A DNA stretch of 44,872 nt, from IMG/VR virus record IMGVR_UViG_3300027753_000027, positions 1-44,872 of that record. One strand, given 5' to 3'. Numbering within the stretch: the first letter of the stretch is position 1; each line of letters starts with the position of its first letter. Below are positions 35,150 to 43,351 of this stretch, piece by piece. A program made the position numbers and the translations under genes. Below the pieces are notes generated by a model. That model was not told where the DNA came from. It was given only the letters and a program-made list of their open reading frames with translations, and did not search any database. Source of the stretch: a virus. Lineage: Duplodnaviria > Caudoviricetes.

Positions 35150-36919
35150 GTGCAAATCGAACAACAAGTTCGTGGCGAGGCTTACAGATTAGGGCAAGGA
35201 CAACACAAAATAAAATGCCCAAGCTGTAGCCATGGCCGCAAAAACAAACACGATAAAACGCTTTCTCTCCGCATAGAACAAGACAAGATACTTTTTAACT
35301 GCTGGCACTGTGATCAGGAGGGAATTGTACCTATGCGGGAGAAGTTGCCAGAGACTAGGAAAGTGGAGCCAATGTCCGTAGCAAAGAACGTAAACAAGAT
35401 GCCTCTATCAGGAGCTGCATTAGCTTGGTTAGCTAGCCGTGGTATCAGTGAAGCCACGGCCTTAAAGGCTGGATTAGTATCAACCAAATCATGGATGCAG
35501 CCTGTCGGGAAAGAGACAGAGAGCATCATGTTCCCTTACACAAACAAGGGACAAGAGTACGCATACAAAGTCAGATCGATTGAAACCAAAGCATTCATCT
35601 GCAACGGTGCGCCTCAAACCTTCTTCAACATTGAAGCGGTTCAACGCAACGACGATCTCATAATTTGTGAGGGGGAGATGGACGCGCTGGCCTACATGGA
35701 AACAGGATACGAGAGTGTAGTATCCATACCAAATGGTGCAGTAAACAAAATTACTAACGGGGCCATCGACCCTAAAGATGATAACAAATTCAAGTTCTTA
35801 TGGGCTGCTGAGAAGAAAATAAAGTCGGCAGCTCGTGTGATAGTGGCACTCGACAATGACGAGGCGGGTCAGGCTACATCAGAGGAAATCGCTAGGCGCA
35901 TAGGTAAAGACAGATGCTTCAAGGTTGAGTACCCAGAAGGGTGCAAGGATGCCAACGATGTGTTGATGAAGCACGGTAAGGAAGCTGTTGATGAAATCAT
36001 CGTAGGTGCAAAGGCATGGCCTATCGCTGGTCTGTTTGATGCGTCCCATTTCTATGAAGAGATAGATGACATATACGAAAAAGGTATGGGCCGTGGCGAG
36101 AGTACTGGGTACGATAACGTCGATGAATTATACACGATTGTTACAGGCCAGTTGACAGTTGTTACAGGACATCCATCATCAGGTAAGTCAGAGTTCATAG
36201 ATCAGATCATGGTGAACATGGCACAAAATATTGGATGGAAGTTTGCAATCTGCTCATTTGAAAATGAGCCACGCATCCACATCGCAAAGTTGATAAGCAA
36301 GTATACGCGCAAGCCATTCTTTAAAGGTGCAACAGAAAGGATGACTGAAGACGAGCTGACTGTCGGTAAGGATTTTGTTCAATCGCACTTTTCTTTTCTT
36401 TACCAAGCGGACGGATCGCTATCCTCTGTTGAAAGCATCATCGAAAGGTTGCGGGTTGCTGTAATGCGGCATGGTATCAGGGGTGCCATCATAGACCCAT
36501 ACAACTACATCCAAAAGAATGGAGACATAAGCGAGACCGACTGGATATCAGAAGTCCTGACTAGGCTTCGTGTGTTCGCTCAGTCCCATGGCATACACCT
36601 TTGGTTCGTTGCTCACCCCACCAAGATGATGCGGGATCACACTGGCAAGGTGCCAGCACCAAAGGGGTATGACATATCAGGGAGTGCGGCTTGGTTCGCA
36701 AAGGCTGACGTTGGACTAACGGTTCACAGACCAAACCCATCAGGTTCTAGGGTGTCTGAGGTTCATGTGTGGAAGTGTCGGTTCTCTTGGATAGGCAAGC
36801 AAGGCGATACCAACCTTGAGTTTGATGTGCCGACATCGACCTATAAGAAGTATGTCCCTGATCCCATACTGGACGCACCAACCCCATACACTGAAGTGGA
36901 TAATGATTATCCATTCTAA
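35150..36919 (+). CDS. Bifunctional primase-helicase (T7 gp4/Twinkle-like)
   Basis: CPSC/CWHC zinc finger, TOPRIM motifs (CEGEMD, DND..G, KDAND), SF4 helicase motifs (GHPSSGKS, IIDPY, VAHP, DISGS). Confidence 0.92.
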   Translation: MQIEQQVRGEAYRLGQGQHKIKCPSCSHGRKNKHDKTLSLRIEQDKILFNCWHCDQEGIVPMREKLPETRKVEPMSVAKNVNKMPLSGAALAWLASRGISEATALKAGLVSTKSWMQPVGKETESIMFPYTNKGQEYAYKVRSIETKAFICNGAPQTFFNIEAVQRNDDLIICEGEMDALAYMETGYESVVSIPNGAVNKITNGAIDPKDDNKFKFLWAAEKKIKSAARVIVALDNDEAGQATSEEIARRIGKDRCFKVEYPEGCKDANDVLMKHGKEAVDEIIVGAKAWPIAGLFDASHFYEEIDDIYEKGMGRGESTGYDNVDELYTIVTGQLTVVTGHPSSGKSEFIDQIMVNMAQNIGWKFAICSFENEPRIHIAKLISKYTRKPFFKGATERMTEDELTVGKDFVQSHFSFLYQADGSLSSVESIIERLRVAVMRHGIRGAIIDPYNYIQKNGDISETDWISEVLTRLRVFAQSHGIHLWFVAHPTKMMRDHTGKVPAPKGYDISGSAAWFAKADVGLTVHRPNPSGSRVSEVHVWKCRFSWIGKQGDTNLEFDVPTSTYKKYVPDPILDAPTPYTEVDNDYPF

Positions 36920-36921
36920 TG

Positions 36922-36950
36922 TTGACGGCTATTTGTGGTGGTGCTACATG
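36922..36950 (+). promoter_or_regulatory. Candidate promoter for a small RNA
   Basis: TTGACG-N17-TACATG with TG upstream of the -10. It starts just after the helicase stop and has no convincing downstream ORF. Confidence 0.45.
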
Positions 36951-36956
36951 TTGTGT

Positions 36957-37066
36957 CAGTACATTGATCCGCTTCTATATGTTCTCCTTTGTGTGTGACT
37001 TCTTTGAATGTTAGAAGGCAATGTTCTCCACTCTGAACTTCAGGCCACCTTCGGGTGGCCTTTTTT
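36957..37066 (+). ncRNA. Candidate trans-acting sRNA with two anti-SD (UGUUCUCC) motifs
   Basis: Lies between a promoter-like site and a terminator. ATGTTCTCC occurs twice (36979 and 37021), with stems ACATTG/CAATGT and CTTCTA/TAGAAG. Confidence 0.5.
37042..37066 (+). terminator. Rho-independent terminator
   Basis: AGGCCACC-TTCG-GGTGGCCT running into a 6-T tract. Confidence 0.88.
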
Positions 37067-37303
37067 CTAATGAACAGTATTGCCCCCATCCATATTGAAT
37101 ACGTCCTTGAGTGTTTCACCAGTCATGTGAGATATTATATCCCACTCACTTTGTAGGTTGTATGCGAGAACGATGTTTGTGATTAACGCGGTAACCTCTT
37201 GAGGGGATGCCTGTTCAGGCATGTACGATAAGATTTTTAGTATCTCTTCAAAACTTAATACATCATCCATGCTTGAACCCACATCGTTTTTTAGATCACT
37301 CAA
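37067..37303 (-). CDS. Hypothetical protein
   Basis: 78 aa, overlaps the upstream stop and ends at the terminator. Confidence 0.55.
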   Translation of the reverse strand: MSDLKNDVGSSMDDVLSFEEILKILSYMPEQASPQEVTALITNIVLAYNLQSEWDIISHMTGETLKDVFNMDGGNTVH

Positions 37304-38040
37304 TTCATCAGCTCCCTCATTACGGTATCCTTTATCCTTCTGCGTAGCAAACTCTCGCAGCGGGAGAATTCTTTTTGATAGGATAGTACAGCATCATCTG
37401 AGGTTTTGTACCTCATTACCCAGCCAGCTTCGATATCTGGTTTCTTGTCTTTGATCTTGAGTGCGACCACTGACCAAGCCCTGATGCCGTCATCGTTAAT
37501 GCGAGACAGTCTGCGCTCCTGAGAGTTCATGATGAACCTCATGCCATCACCAGCCTTAACTCGTGAGATACCTTTATCATGAACCTTCTTTACCCATGTG
37601 GCTGGTAGGTGAACATCAACATCTGACATGTAAGACCTTTGTAGATTGGCGGATACCCCACCGCTAAGGCTTGATGTGACATACCAAGAAAAGGATGGGA
37701 ACGCGCACTTCAACTCTGTTGATGCGTACAAATCTGTCGCTTCCATGGCTTTATCTATGACAGTCTTTTGTATGTTGCGGGACTTCATTTTTAATTTGAT
37801 GGAATGCAAGGAAATAAATAAACCACCAGCGTACTTAGCAGCCGATCTCATTTGACTTTCTGATAGAATTTTTAGTCCGAATGGCGCGCCTTCATAGTCA
37901 AAATTCTTCCATTGATACTGATGAGGATTTTCTGATATCTTTTTTATCTCTTCGACCGAGAAGCCGTTAATCGTCAGGAATACTTTTATGTTTGCTTTGA
38001 GTTGCTTTATTCTAAGGTAGTTTCTTAATTGTGCTTCCAT
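37300..38040 (-). CDS. Hypothetical protein
   Basis: I prefer the ATG at 38040 (MEAQLRNY) because of its AGGAG RBS. About 246 aa and basic. Confidence 0.65.
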   Translation of the reverse strand: MEAQLRNYLRIKQLKANIKVFLTINGFSVEEIKKISENPHQYQWKNFDYEGAPFGLKILSESQMRSAAKYAGGLFISLHSIKLKMKSRNIQKTVIDKAMEATDLYASTELKCAFPSFSWYVTSSLSGGVSANLQRSYMSDVDVHLPATWVKKVHDKGISRVKAGDGMRFIMNSQERRLSRINDDGIRAWSVVALKIKDKKPDIEAGWVMRYKTSDDAVLSYQKEFSRCESLLRRRIKDTVMRELMN

Positions 38041-38056
38041 GTTCTTCACTCCTTTT

Positions 38057-38332
38057 TTATTTTCTAGTGGCAAGTTCTCCACCACAACTGTAGTAACCAC
38101 ATCCATCCACCCAGTTATCTATATGCTCTGGGTTTGATTTTATTCTTGCTGCTTTCAGTAGACACATCATGACCGAAACATCTACGGCACTCACATGGAC
38201 GCCCAAATGGATTGACCAATAAGCACCTATGGTTTCAAAGTTATCCTCCATATCACCGTGATCAGATGCCCTGTCTTCCGTCACATACTGTTTAGCCTTG
38301 TCTAGTATCTGACCTCGCGTCATGTTCGTCAT
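38057..38332 (-). CDS. DUF6378-family protein
   Basis: R..IL..A...V..DR...HG..E.NF..I...WS, V..MM.LLK.AR and DNWVD..GY motifs. Confidence 0.8.
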   Translation of the reverse strand: MTNMTRGQILDKAKQYVTEDRASDHGDMEDNFETIGAYWSIHLGVHVSAVDVSVMMCLLKAARIKSNPEHIDNWVDGCGYYSCGGELATRK

Positions 38333-38343
38333 GGTTTTATTCC

Positions 38344-38532
38344 CTATATGTTTATGCCCTGCATCCTGAGCTTGCTTGTGTATTCACGCAACTCATTTCT
38401 GGCACGTTGCAGGTCTTGTTGAATGTTGGGGTGTTGCTCGACGCGATTAACCTCGCGCTCGTATTTATTAACTTCATGTCTTAGGAACCTAAGTTCCGCT
38501 TGTTGCTGCAAGTTCAACACCTCGTCACCCAT
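38344..38532 (-). CDS. Small coiled-coil hypothetical protein
   Basis: 62 aa, GGAGG RBS, in operon. Confidence 0.6.
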   Translation of the reverse strand: MGDEVLNLQQQAELRFLRHEVNKYEREVNRVEQHPNIQQDLQRARNELREYTSKLRMQGINI

Positions 38533-38755
38533 TACTCAAACCCTCCGGTCTTGCCCTTGGGCGCATAGATGAACTCGCTTGATCTGATTGAGTGCAGTTC
38601 ATGTGAACATCTTTTGGGTTGTCGTAGATAACGAGAAGCGCATCAGACCTGAGAACCTGTTCACATTTAGCGTAGTTCTCAAACCAAATTTCACCTAGCA
38701 TATCCATATCCTGAAGCGGATAATAGATTAGCAACGCAGTAAAAAATTCCATCAC
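38525..38755 (-). CDS. Hypothetical protein (hydrophobic N-terminus, two Cys, C-terminal RP.ARP)
   Basis: 76 aa, GGAGG RBS. Confidence 0.6.
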   Translation of the reverse strand: MMEFFTALLIYYPLQDMDMLGEIWFENYAKCEQVLRSDALLVIYDNPKDVHMNCTQSDQASSSMRPRARPEGLSNG

Positions 38756-38820
38756 CGATTACCTCCAAACACTTTTCGGAATGCCTCATCCAAAATCTTC
38801 TCCATGTCATCTTTACTCAT
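38752..38820 (-). CDS. Putative 22-aa microprotein
   Basis: MSKDDMEKILDEAFRKVFGGNR, with a GAGGAG RBS and overlaps on both sides. Confidence 0.45.
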   Translation of the reverse strand: MSKDDMEKILDEAFRKVFGGNR

Positions 38821-38962
38821 CACGTTCTCCTCTCATCCACTTTATATCCCGTAGTAACTCTGCTTTTTCTTTAGTTAACCTCTCTAACTTCTGGGTTAAC
38901 CTTGCAATCTCAGTGCGCTGAATAGCTATCTTGCTTTGCAGCTTCGCGTTTTCTTTATTCAT
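38813..38962 (-). CDS. 49-aa coiled-coil protein (not in the ORF track)
   Basis: MNKENAKLQSKIAIQRTEIARLTQKLERLTKEKAELLRDIKWMRGERDE, which fills the gap with overlaps. Confidence 0.6.
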   Translation of the reverse strand: MNKENAKLQSKIAIQRTEIARLTQKLERLTKEKAELLRDIKWMRGERDE

Positions 38963-39284
38963 CGTTCAACTTTTTTGTAGGTAGGTTATGCCGCTTCTTT
39001 ATTTTAGAGACGGTGTACTGACTGATCTTCAGCAATTTAGCTATGTCCTTCTGGTGTATCTTGCTACACAATAACGAGTCTATTTGAGCGACAATAACTG
39101 GGTTGTCTGAAGCTCCGTTGCTAGGACGCAAAGCTCCGAAATTGGCACTGTTCCTTCGAGCTTCTTGAACCTTGTGATTGGGTATCTGGTTTTCTGCTCT
39201 AGCCAATTGCTGCATACAGTAACCGTATGCCTTCTCGAAGCTAACTCCCTCTTGCATAAGTCGCTTTACTCTATCCAAGTCCAT
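38955..39284 (-). CDS. HTH DNA-binding protein
   Basis: C-terminal QKDIAKLLKISQYTVSKIK helix-turn-helix. Confidence 0.7.
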   Translation of the reverse strand: MDLDRVKRLMQEGVSFEKAYGYCMQQLARAENQIPNHKVQEARRNSANFGALRPSNGASDNPVIVAQIDSLLCSKIHQKDIAKLLKISQYTVSKIKKRHNLPTKKLNDE

Positions 39285-39288
39285 ATCA

Positions 39289-40425
39289 TTACTCCCCTAA
39301 GTTTTTAAGATATACCGTTTCCCCAAATGGGGCTGGCTCACCTCGTGAATAAGACGATACCCACATTGTTGGGTAATGCGGCTGATCCGGGTAATCGAAT
39401 ATACACATGTCTGAAAAATACACCATGTTATCCACATTGATATTATTTTTTTCGACATACTCGAACACTGGGCGGACTTCTGTTCCACCTCGACCATTGA
39501 CCTCGATCTTCTCGATCTCCTCACCCTGTTCGTACCGCCTTACAGTCTGGATCACAGCATCACATGTGATTACTGTTACTGACCGGGGCTTGATGTCCGC
39601 GCTGATTGCGTTCACCTCACCCAAGAAATAAGACAGCTCCCCACTTGAAACAGAACCGCTTGTGTCGATGCCGATCACAACGTCTCCGGCACCAATCTTT
39701 TGTATGGATGGCGCGACTATCCTAGATGCGTGATACATCTTACGATGTGGCTTGCGCATACTGTAGTCATCTGGCTGATCGCCTCCGACAAACCTACGCA
39801 TGCTGTCACGCCAGTCCACTTGGCTGCGCTTCATCTCCTCGATCAGAGACTTGATTGCACCGGGCAGGTTGCCCACTGCCTTAGCTCCGGCTGCAGCCAT
39901 CATGACCTTGCTGTCTATGTCCGCTTCCATCTGCTTGGCTTCCGCCTCTGAGAGGGGCTTACCGTTGCCGTCAGACACATCAGTGACCTCACCAAACCCA
40001 GCGCCGCTGCCATACTTTCTTTTGGCATCCTCTGGCAGTCTGCTGTAGATGGTCTCTGCACTCAGCCCATTGTACTCTGGCTCATTGAGCGCACCCTCTG
40101 GCAATACAAAGCCGCCCTCGATCAGTATCGGATTGATCGCTAGATCACATGCGATATTCCAAAGCTCAGGGTCACGCTCACCGCGCCGCATCATGTGCTT
40201 GAACGTGACATGCAAGACCTCGTGTGCCATGACACCGACTGTCTCTTCCTGATCCATCCCATCAACAAAGGATGGGTTCCAGCGTATTGACTTGCCGTCA
40301 GTACACATAGTCGGGATGCTCTCATCTGGTGAGACATTCAGCGACAGGGAAATTGACCCAAAGAATGGGTGCTTAACCACCAGCCTCGTGATGGCACGAG
40401 AAACCTTCATCTGTTCTTCCATCAT
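39289..40425 (-). CDS. Metallopeptidase-like + VWA domain protein (DUF2201-type)
   Basis: T.CTDG, HEVLH, WN.A.D.AIN, MIDAS IDTSGSV, GRGGT and FSD motifs. Confidence 0.88.
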   Translation of the reverse strand: MMEEQMKVSRAITRLVVKHPFFGSISLSLNVSPDESIPTMCTDGKSIRWNPSFVDGMDQEETVGVMAHEVLHVTFKHMMRRGERDPELWNIACDLAINPILIEGGFVLPEGALNEPEYNGLSAETIYSRLPEDAKRKYGSGAGFGEVTDVSDGNGKPLSEAEAKQMEADIDSKVMMAAAGAKAVGNLPGAIKSLIEEMKRSQVDWRDSMRRFVGGDQPDDYSMRKPHRKMYHASRIVAPSIQKIGAGDVVIGIDTSGSVSSGELSYFLGEVNAISADIKPRSVTVITCDAVIQTVRRYEQGEEIEKIEVNGRGGTEVRPVFEYVEKNNINVDNMVYFSDMCIFDYPDQPHYPTMWVSSYSRGEPAPFGETVYLKNLGE

Positions 40426-40440
40426 TCCACTCCATAAAAA

Positions 40441-40454
40441 AGTTCAATAGAACT
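40441..40454. promoter_or_regulatory. Palindrome AGTTC-AATA-GAACT just upstream of the VWA gene RBS
   Basis: Exact motif copy, with a degenerate second copy at 40490-40512. Confidence 0.55.
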
Positions 40455-40650
40455 ACATCCAGTTTAAATGGGCGACTTTCCCCCGATGGAAAAGTTCAAG
40501 ATAACTGCATCCGAGGGTCTCCCATTACCCGACTAGTTATTTTTTAAATAACCCATTATGTGCAATGGGTTACACCGTTCACTCATCAAAAAAAGAGTAA
40601 CGAATTTTATTTAGGTACGTTTGCTACCCAAAATCGTCCACGATTATGTG

Positions 40651-41670
40651 TCAGAGGATCAGGTTTTTTCCCTGACGCATGATCCAACTGCGGACATCCT
40701 GCGACTGCTTCAGTTCCTTGTGACGGTTGACACCATCCTTGATGACGAACGCCGCGAACTCTTGCTGCGGCAAGCGGTCAAGATACTTGATCACGTTGCC
40801 AGCGTTCTTTGGGTTCATCTTAGATGAGATCGCAGCGCATACGGCATAGAGGACAGCCGGGTTGTCTGGTATCTCAGCCGCAGTGGGCGCAGCAATCAGG
40901 GCATCAATGTCAGGGACACTGTCATACATCTGTAGGAACCCGGTGAAGTCGGCTGTCGCAGCGCGTCCAACCTGACCAGCGATAGCCTCTAGCTGGTTCA
41001 CTGGGTCAAGACCCCATGACATGATCGATGCCACCCGCTCCCATGACCGTGGCGATGGGCATGCATCTGCATCACGATCAAACTTGTGCAGCCACTCAGG
41101 GCGGAAGCGCAGGAATGCTGACACACGCTCATCGATACGCTTGCTGTAGTAATAAGCGATAGTGTCTTCCATGTCCGCCTCGATCTCTAGGAACATCAAC
41201 CTGTCTTTCAGGTGAGACGGCATCCCGTTGGTGCCAGCACGATCCGACATGCGGTTACCAGCGGCAACGATGACCCAGCCCTCTGGCAGGTGATGTGGCC
41301 CAACACGCCGCTCGTTTGTGATCTGAGCTGCAATGTTCTGATTGGATACTGGAGCCTGTGGCAGCTCATCCAAGAACAAAATGCCCTTGCCATCAGTGGG
41401 CATCCAGTCAGGACGTTTGCGCACCATGGTCTCGCCATCATCTGATGGCACTGCCCAACCACCCAGCTCACCAGCATCATACTGGGCGAGTGACAGTATC
41501 TCGCAGCCAATGCCCTTGGACGCGGCGATGTCTTTGACCAAGGTGGTCTTGCCGATCCCAGCGCCAGACACGAGGTATGGCACAACGTACTGGGCATCAC
41601 GCCCGTTCTTTGTGTTCATTGCAAAGTCGATAGCCGCTTCGCAGATAGCTTTAGCTTGTGTTAGTTTCAT
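40651..41670 (-). CDS. MoxR/CobS-like AAA+ ATPase
   Basis: Walker A GAGIGKT, Walker B ILFLDEL, AAGN, DR and SPRSW motifs. Adjacent to the VWA gene. Confidence 0.88.
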   Translation of the reverse strand: MKLTQAKAICEAAIDFAMNTKNGRDAQYVVPYLVSGAGIGKTTLVKDIAASKGIGCEILSLAQYDAGELGGWAVPSDDGETMVRKRPDWMPTDGKGILFLDELPQAPVSNQNIAAQITNERRVGPHHLPEGWVIVAAGNRMSDRAGTNGMPSHLKDRLMFLEIEADMEDTIAYYYSKRIDERVSAFLRFRPEWLHKFDRDADACPSPRSWERVASIMSWGLDPVNQLEAIAGQVGRAATADFTGFLQMYDSVPDIDALIAAPTAAEIPDNPAVLYAVCAAISSKMNPKNAGNVIKYLDRLPQQEFAAFVIKDGVNRHKELKQSQDVRSWIMRQGKNLIL

Positions 41671-41957
41671 AACTGTTCTCCAATCTGTCTGACAGATATT
41701 GCATATTTTATATTATGGATTTGTATCGATGCAGTTTCGATCTCATCGTTGTATGATCGCAGGCCCGTCTCCGTCCTGCGCCTCACCGCTTCGTCGTATT
41801 GCTTTCGCAGAGCCAGCATCGTCTGATCTAACTCAGCAACGCTCTTGTCATCATACAGTTCAAGAATTCTTTTCTTGTAGGCTTCGACGAAGTCATCGTG
41901 ATCATCCTCCTGCAATCCGACAACGTAGTTCCCCATCTTGCTCATTACAGTCCCCAA
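41667..41957 (-). CDS. Hypothetical protein
   Basis: 96 aa (the real start may be 41945), helical, in operon. Confidence 0.6.
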   Translation of the reverse strand: MGTVMSKMGNYVVGLQEDDHDDFVEAYKKRILELYDDKSVAELDQTMLALRKQYDEAVRRRTETGLRSYNDEIETASIQIHNIKYAISVRQIGEQL

Positions 41958-42487
41958 TTTGCTATGCAGACGGGGCCGATCCCCATCTCTATTGACACAG
42001 GATCAGTCAGCTCTCTGCCGCAGCAAGAACAACGACCAGTCTCACGACCATGCTGCACTGCCTGACCCCTAGGATCACCTGCAACGCGCACTACAGCGTC
42101 CGCTGTGTCGCTCTGACAGCTACTCACAGGGATGAACTGACCCTCCATGATCTTGCCTTGGTAATCTGGCCCACGCTTGACATAGACGGCACCAGCATTC
42201 TTGCCGTGCAGGGGTGCCAGAGAGAAGGCCAGCTCTGCAGCCCGAAAGACAGGCTTCTTGACCTTGGCTGTTTCAAGCAGGTCTTTGATCCGCGAAACGT
42301 CCACGGTGCGTGACATCTCTTTTCTGAACAGAGCCTTTGCTTGGACGTTCAGGATAGTACGCTCTGCAGCATCCCATTGCTTCTGCGATAGGTCACCCTT
42401 CGATCTGTACTGCATGACCAGTGATGCTGCGAAGTTATTCCATTCAGCCATAGCTGAAAGCTCTGTGATCATCTCTTCTTCGTCCAT
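41945..42487 (-). CDS. DUF6011-domain zinc-finger protein
   Basis: C-terminal GRCSCCGRELTDPVSIEMGIGPVC. Confidence 0.8.
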   Translation of the reverse strand: MDEEEMITELSAMAEWNNFAASLVMQYRSKGDLSQKQWDAAERTILNVQAKALFRKEMSRTVDVSRIKDLLETAKVKKPVFRAAELAFSLAPLHGKNAGAVYVKRGPDYQGKIMEGQFIPVSSCQSDTADAVVRVAGDPRGQAVQHGRETGRCSCCGRELTDPVSIEMGIGPVCIANWGL

Positions 42488-42762
42488 TACGAAACCCTCC
42501 CAAGCTCACGAATGTAAGCGTCACCAGTGTGGTGCTTTTCAACAATATCGAAATCAATTCCCTTAGCCGCGAGAGCGTCCAAGAACATTGACATGTGGCA
42601 ATCTTCTTCAAGGTACAGCGTGGGGATGTAGGTATCTCCCTCGACAGTTGCGTAGCTGTAATCTTTCACCTGATCAGTGGTCAGGCCAGCGAGGCGGAAG
42701 TCAGCGTATGGCACTTGCAGCCAGCCGTGACCGTTGTCGGTGTGGTATGTATATGTTTTCAT
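42487..42762 (-). CDS. Conserved phage hypothetical protein
   Basis: 91 aa, D.GHGWL.V and YLEEDC motifs. Confidence 0.7.
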   Translation of the reverse strand: MKTYTYHTDNGHGWLQVPYADFRLAGLTTDQVKDYSYATVEGDTYIPTLYLEEDCHMSMFLDALAAKGIDFDIVEKHHTGDAYIRELGRVS

Positions 42763-42941
42763 TCTAAATCTCCCTCATATTTCTGATCTACAAAGTGCCA
42801 TGTGTTGGTCGTCAGGGTGTGATAGAGCATACCAAACCCAGCCCATCCTTTGACCTCTCCGCATGCCTGTATGATTTTGGCAGAGTGCATCAGGTCTTCT
42901 GTCTCGATGTCGCTCAGTTGACGCTTACATGTGATGTTCAT
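42759..42941 (-). CDS. Hypothetical protein
   Basis: 60 aa, ATGA overlaps on both sides, GAGGGG RBS. Confidence 0.6.
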   Translation of the reverse strand: MNITCKRQLSDIETEDLMHSAKIIQACGEVKGWAGFGMLYHTLTTNTWHFVDQKYEGDLE

Positions 42942-43111
42942 TTGGAAGTCCCCTCATTTATAGAATTTATAGAAACGAACACGGCGTTCAGTGCGCCGGG
43001 CTGTGACATGAATTCTTTCTTGGCTTGCTTGATGGCGTCAGCCAGCCCATCAGTATCGACCTTCGATACTCTGGAAACCAAGCCTTCGACTGTGACATAG
43101 TATGTTTTCAT
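42938..43111 (-). CDS. 57-aa hypothetical protein (not in the ORF track)
   Basis: MKTYYVTVEGLVSRVSKVDTDGLADAIKQAKKEF..., with a GAGGAG RBS and ATGA overlaps. Confidence 0.65.
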   Translation of the reverse strand: MKTYYVTVEGLVSRVSKVDTDGLADAIKQAKKEFMSQPGALNAVFVSINSINEGTSK

Positions 43112-43284
43112 GATGACCGCTCCTCATTGGCCCAGATCAATACCTTGCCGATCACCTTTGACCGCCGATCAGTCCGGCCCAATATCTCTTCCACAAAGTA
43201 CTGTTCCAGATCAGCGAAGCTCTCGAACTCACACCGCTGGTAAGTTTTGCCATGAGCGGTGATATGGCTTATTGCTATATTCAT
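43108..43284 (-). CDS. 58-aa hypothetical protein (not in the ORF track)
   Basis: MNIAISHITAHGKTYQRCEFESFADLEQYFVEE..., with an AAGGAG RBS. Confidence 0.65.
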   Translation of the reverse strand: MNIAISHITAHGKTYQRCEFESFADLEQYFVEEILGRTDRRSKVIGKVLIWANEERSS

Positions 43285-43301
43285 TTCTCACTCCTTCAAA
43301 A

Positions 43302-43317
43302 AAGTTCAATTGAACTT
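43302..43317. promoter_or_regulatory. Perfect 16-bp palindrome AAGTTCAATTGAACTT upstream of the 43284 RBS
   Basis: Fully self-complementary copy of the motif. Confidence 0.6.
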
Positions 43318-43351
43318 AGCGTGACGGCCCCGAAAGGCCGTCCAACAAAGC

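Noticed and set aside
36816-37119. ORFs 36816..36998 (+) and 36916..37119 (-)
   Set aside because: They overlap real genes, the - strand one also crosses the terminator, and neither has an RBS. A non-coding interpretation fits better.
192-43317. AGTTC-N4-GAACT as a LexA/SOS box
   Set aside because: The Firmicute box is GAAC-N4-GTTC (opposite arm order) and the alphaproteobacterial box is the direct repeat GTTC-N7-GTTC. Neither matches.
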